A DNA stretch of 63,541 nucleotides, counting the filler, from Octopus bimaculoides (Eukaryota), in NCBI RefSeq assembly GCF_001194135.2. It is 6 parts of 6 records of this genome, joined end to end, with 100 filler letters (N's around TTAATTAATTAA, not from the genome) between each part and the next. Parts side by side here need not be neighbours in the genome. Positions count along the whole stretch, not along the records: positions 52,288 to 62,304 come from NC_068985.1; positions 62,405 to 63,541 come from NW_026365357.1; 4 more parts are not named here. The stretch is one strand, 5' to 3'. The translations under genes were made by a program, and so were the position numbers. Positions 62,272-63,541 of the stretch are shown here, piece after piece. Each line of letters opens with the position of its first letter. The first letter of the stretch is position 1. The notes beneath the pieces are model-generated. The model worked only from the letters and a program-made list of their open reading frames with translations, did no database searches and had not been told where the DNA came from.

Positions 62272-63030
62272 ACACATTGCAAATATATATATATATGTAT
62301 ATATNNNNNNNNNNNNNNNNNNNNNNNNNNNNNNNNNNNNNNNNNNNNTTAATTAATTAANNNNNNNNNNNNNNNNNNNNNNNNNNNNNNNNNNNNNNNN
62401 NNNNTTTTTTTTTATTACTTCAAAATACATTTTCAAAACACATTTAACATGCTTAAATCACGCAAATGACATTGCTGTGTCATGTTAATCATTAGCGACG
62501 AAAAATAATTTCAATAACTCATCTTGAATACATTAAATGGCGCTTCAGTAAATTTCAAACGTATGTTGCTTCAGATTTTATCATACATGAAAATACCATA
62601 TGAAAACTCGGGTAACACGAATGCTCAGAAGATTTTAATTGTCAATCATTTTCTCGTTACTGATATCCATATTTGTGTAATCACTTTATATTTTCATGCG
62701 TACACTTACATATACTGTTCATACATAATCAATTTACATTTATATATATTTATCTTTTTTCTTTATAGACATCAATATATCACTCGGTTTCTCTCAATAA
62801 TTCTCCTTCCGTCACGTCCCACCCATCACCCACTTCCTCACTCTCTCTCTATATATATATATTCATGCACACGTGATATAAATGCATCTCATTCTGAGAC
62901 GCGATTAACCGGATGTTACACAATGATGAACATTTCTTGATGTCTCAAACTATGAAAATATATAGTAACTAATGACCTGGATGCATAAGAACTGGCTCAT
63001 TTAAATTATGGAGTTATTCGGTATTGATTG

Positions 63031-63082
63031 GAGATACAGTGTGTCATGGAGTTACAGTGTTTCATGGAGTTACAGTGTTTCA
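63031..63082. repeat. 18-bp tandem repeat, about three units
   Basis: gagatacagtgtgtcatg gagttacagtgtttcatg gagttacagtgtttca. Confidence 0.85.
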
Positions 63083-63496
63083 ACTGCACACAGCACCTAA
63101 CTTTATGGTGGTCCTACAGTTGAGCCCGGAATATATTGCTCTTAAAATGTAACATGAATTCATTTCACCTGTACGTAAATTTCACAATCATCCAATTACC
63201 GTTGCTCATACAGTAAGAATTTCAGATATTAAACAATACGCTTTGACATACTACAAAGTAGCATTAATATGGTTTTCAGTCGGATATATGTGTATATATG
63301 CTTACATAATTTGTAAACATGTCCGCTACGGGAAATCAGATTTGAANNNNNNNNNNATGCTTACATAATTTGTAAACATGTCCGCTACGGGAAATCAGAT
63401 TTGAAGTAATATACCTAATATACTAGAATATATATGAGTATGCGCGTTGTGTGTGTACTTAATATACTTGATATGTGAGAATACATAGATGCATAC

Positions 63497-63529
<33 letters not shown>

Positions 63530-63541
63530 TATATATATATA

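Larger units (their letters stand above)
61790..62275 (-). mobile_element. Diverged tandem repeat with one hammerhead per unit (retrozyme/PLE pLTR-like)
   Basis: Two homologous units (gagc..taagca.tgataa.tgaaatt...cagctc.cagcgcc...tgttaacatttcggagtagtt...tcatcggtcacagac). Confidence 0.8.

Overview
Eukaryotic, repeat-saturated, AT-rich draft-assembly window with many N gaps. Five gaps carry an artificial TTAATTAATTAA linker. The repeat families look like those of an octopus genome; this is inference from pattern recognition, not a database match. No host protein-coding gene is recognisable, only a few weak exon-like segments. The window is a mosaic of microsatellites, at least six tRNA-derived SINE families and decayed LINE fragments (RTE, CR1/Jockey-like, L1/Tx1, R4/Dong-like REL types). 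It also holds mariner, piggyBac-like and foldback-like DNA elements and a Helitron remnant with a PIF1 helicase C-terminus. The main result is a set of minimal type-I hammerhead ribozyme folds (CUGANGA...GAAA...UH) with palindromic helix III, the form known from Penelope-like elements, at about 31.0, 34.4, 42.5, 56.7, 57.0, 62.0 and 62.2 kb. Two arrangements stand out. (1) A tRNA-headed SINE whose tail carries a hammerhead. Both insertions show 5'-inverted duplications inside target-site duplications, which suggests a Pol III SINE mobilised by Penelope-type machinery. (2) A diverged tandem repeat with one hammerhead per unit and 251 nt between cleavage sites, resembling a retrozyme. None of these folds has been tested; all were read by eye.
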